DNA of 64,000 nucleotides from an uncultured Methanosarcinaceae archaeon. GTDB taxonomy: Archaea; Halobacteriota; Methanosarcinia; Methanosarcinales; Methanosarcinaceae. A program made the position numbers and the translations under genes. Within the stretch, counting starts at the first letter, position 1. The number at the start of each line of letters is the position of its first letter. Under the pieces are notes generated by a model. That model was not told the DNA's origin. It ran no database searches and was given only the letters and a program-made list of their open reading frames with translations. The DNA lies in NCBI GenBank assembly GCA_963847185.1, contig CAWJYV010000010.1, forward strand, positions 672,001-736,000, given 5' to 3'. This document shows, in pieces, positions 62,125 to 64,000 of the stretch.

Positions 62125-64000
62125 ATGAGAAATGATATTAGGAATTCTGGAATTGATACTATTGGAAATGTGCCCTGGGGAACACATTTCTGTCAATTTT
62201 ACCAGACAAAAGAAGATTTGATGGATACATTTGTTCCTTATTTGAAAGCAGGACTGGAAAATAACGAGCTTTGCATATGGATTATACCAGAGTTTCTAAG
62301 TGTGGAAGAAGCAAAAAAGTTCCTGAGAAAGACTATTTCTGATATTGATATCTATCTGAAGAAGGGGCAAATTGAGATTACTTCTTCTGACAATTGGCAT
62401 ATAAAAGATGGTGTTTTCGACTTACACAGACCATTAGCCAGCTTGCTTTGCAAAGTAAATCAATCATTAAGCAGTGGTTATGATGGTTTGAGATTGACCG
62501 AGGACATTTTCTGGCTGGGAAGAAAAAACCGGAACGATTTAATTGATTATGAGAGAAGAATGGATTCTGCTACGGATAAATACCCGATAATATCTCTATG
62601 TACTTATTCACTTGAAATGTGCAGTGCAACCGATATAATGGATATTGTTGCAAATCATCAATTTTTTTTGGTTAGGAAAGAAGGAAAGTGGGAGCAGATA
62701 GGCAACTCAGGCAGGAAAAGTACTGCCGAGTGCAAGTTAACTGAGCAGGAGTTGCAGGAGAGTGAAGAGCGTTACAGGATGCTTTTCACAAACATGACCG
62801 ATGGCTTCGGTCTTTTAGAGATTATCTATAACACTGATGGTAAGCCTTGTGACTATCGTTACCTTGAGGTAAACCCTGCTTTTGAGCTCAGTCTGGGTGT
62901 AAAAAGGGAACAGATATTAGGCAGGACTATGCTGGATGTATTCCCAAATGTGAGCCCTATAGCGATTGCAAAGTACGAAGACGTTGCACTCTCAGGAAAG
63001 TCAATTCACTTTGAGATATTTAGCCAAATAACGCACAAATATTTAGACATTTATGCATTCAATCCTGAGAAAGGAAAGCTAGCGCTGATTCTTAGAGATA
63101 TCACAGAACGTAAACTAATAGAGAAAGAGCTGCAAGAAAGTGAGAGAAAATACCGCAATATCATAGAAACAGCCAGCGAAGGTATATGGATAGGTGATTC
63201 AGAATCCAGGACGACATATGTTAATAAAAGAATAGCTGAGGTGTCAGGATATACTCAGGATGAGATGATTGGCAGATATCCATGGGATTTTACTGATGAA
63301 GGAAGTAAGCCAGTTATTAAAAAGAATATTGAAAAAAGACGACAGGGTGTCGATGAAAGCTATGAGTTTAAATTCCTGCGTAAAGACGGCTCTCCAATAT
63401 GGGCAATTGTAAATTCTAAGTCCCTCTTTGACAGCAATGGCAAATTTATCGGCTCCATGAGTATGCTCACAGACATTACCAGGCGAAAAGAAGTAGAGGC
63501 TAAATTGAAAGATACATTAGACAATTTAGAAAACTCAGTCAAAGAACGTACAGCCGAGCTTGAGAAGGCTTACAATTCATTGAAAGAAAGCGAAAAGAGT
63601 CTTGCTGAAGCTCAAAAAATGGCTCATATTGGAAGCTGGGAGTGGGATATTAGAGCTGATAAAGCATACTGGTCTGATGAACTATATCGCATTTTCGGGC
63701 GTGATCCTCAAGAATTAGCACCACCTTATAACGAATATTTAAGTTACATACATCCCGATGATCAAGCTTATTTTGATAATGCTACTAAGAAAGCTGTAAA
63801 TGGAAAACCTTACAGCATTGATTACAGGATTATCCGGGTTGATGGGGAAGAACGCACCATACATATGCAATCATACGTTATTTTTGATGAGGAAAATATC
63901 CCTATTCGAGTAAAAGGAACAATTCAGGATATTACCGAGCGCAAGCAAATGGAGGAAGCACTGCGTCAGAATAAGGTGCTACTTTCTGCTTTTCTCGAAC
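62125..64000 (+). CDS. MEDS-domain multi-PAS sensor protein (probable histidine kinase), 3' end outside window
   Basis: Manual translation MRNDIRNSGIDTIGNVPWGTHFCQFYQTKEDL..AGLENNE..GYDGLRL..LCTYSL, then PAS/PAC and KERTAELEKAY. Confidence 0.9.
   Translation, partial: MRNDIRNSGIDTIGNVPWGTHFCQFYQTKEDLMDTFVPYLKAGLENNELCIWIIPEFLSVEEAKKFLRKTISDIDIYLKKGQIEITSSDNWHIKDGVFDLHRPLASLLCKVNQSLSSGYDGLRLTEDIFWLGRKNRNDLIDYERRMDSATDKYPIISLCTYSLEMCSATDIMDIVANHQFFLVRKEGKWEQIGNSGRKSTAECKLTEQELQESEERYRMLFTNMTDGFGLLEIIYNTDGKPCDYRYLEVNPAFELSLGVKREQILGRTMLDVFPNVSPIAIAKYEDVALSGKSIHFEIFSQITHKYLDIYAFNPEKGKLALILRDITERKLIEKELQESERKYRNIIETASEGIWIGDSESRTTYVNKRIAEVSGYTQDEMIGRYPWDFTDEGSKPVIKKNIEKRRQGVDESYEFKFLRKDGSPIWAIVNSKSLFDSNGKFIGSMSMLTDITRRKEVEAKLKDTLDNLENSVKERTAELEKAYNSLKESEKSLAEAQKMAHIGSWEWDIRADKAYWSDELYRIFGRDPQELAPPYNEYLSYIHPDDQAYFDNATKKAVNGKPYSIDYRIIRVDGEERTIHMQSYVIFDEENIPIRVKGTIQDITERKQMEEALRQNKVLLSAFLE

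Overview
AT-rich archaeal chromosome segment, very probably Methanosarcina. Evidence: archaeal ThrRS and aIF-1A, PGF-pre-PGF/PGF-CTERM and S-layer-domain surface proteins, MEDS-PAS histidine kinases, TATA-box promoters. Housekeeping and metabolic genes (thrS, eif1A, two SF2 helicases, methyltransferases, transporters, LemA/DUF2207) alternate with an eroding accessory region at about 25-43 kb. That region holds an IS630-disrupted PAS kinase, a CheB/CheR fusion, an IS66 whose transposase is broken only by an in-frame TAG (possible pyrrolysine), MITE-like elements, and a RelBE-type module between duplicated hsdS remnants. The most striking unexplained signals are mostly non-coding. (1) Four tandem RGG-rich CxxC-x17-CxxC zinc-ribbon genes each have their own promoter and a conserved structured leader that sequesters the ribosome-binding site; the array sits next to aIF-1A. 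(2) A roughly 390-nt multibranched RNA candidate lies at 1.4-1.8 kb. (3) Two dispersed copies of a structured RNA with repeated UUGGGGG loops each lie upstream of a MEDS-kinase gene. (4) There are several further promoter-plus-hairpin sRNA candidates. (5) An unannotated 48-aa Trp/Gly/Arg-rich peptide has a strong SD. All structures were read by eye; nothing was computed or searched.
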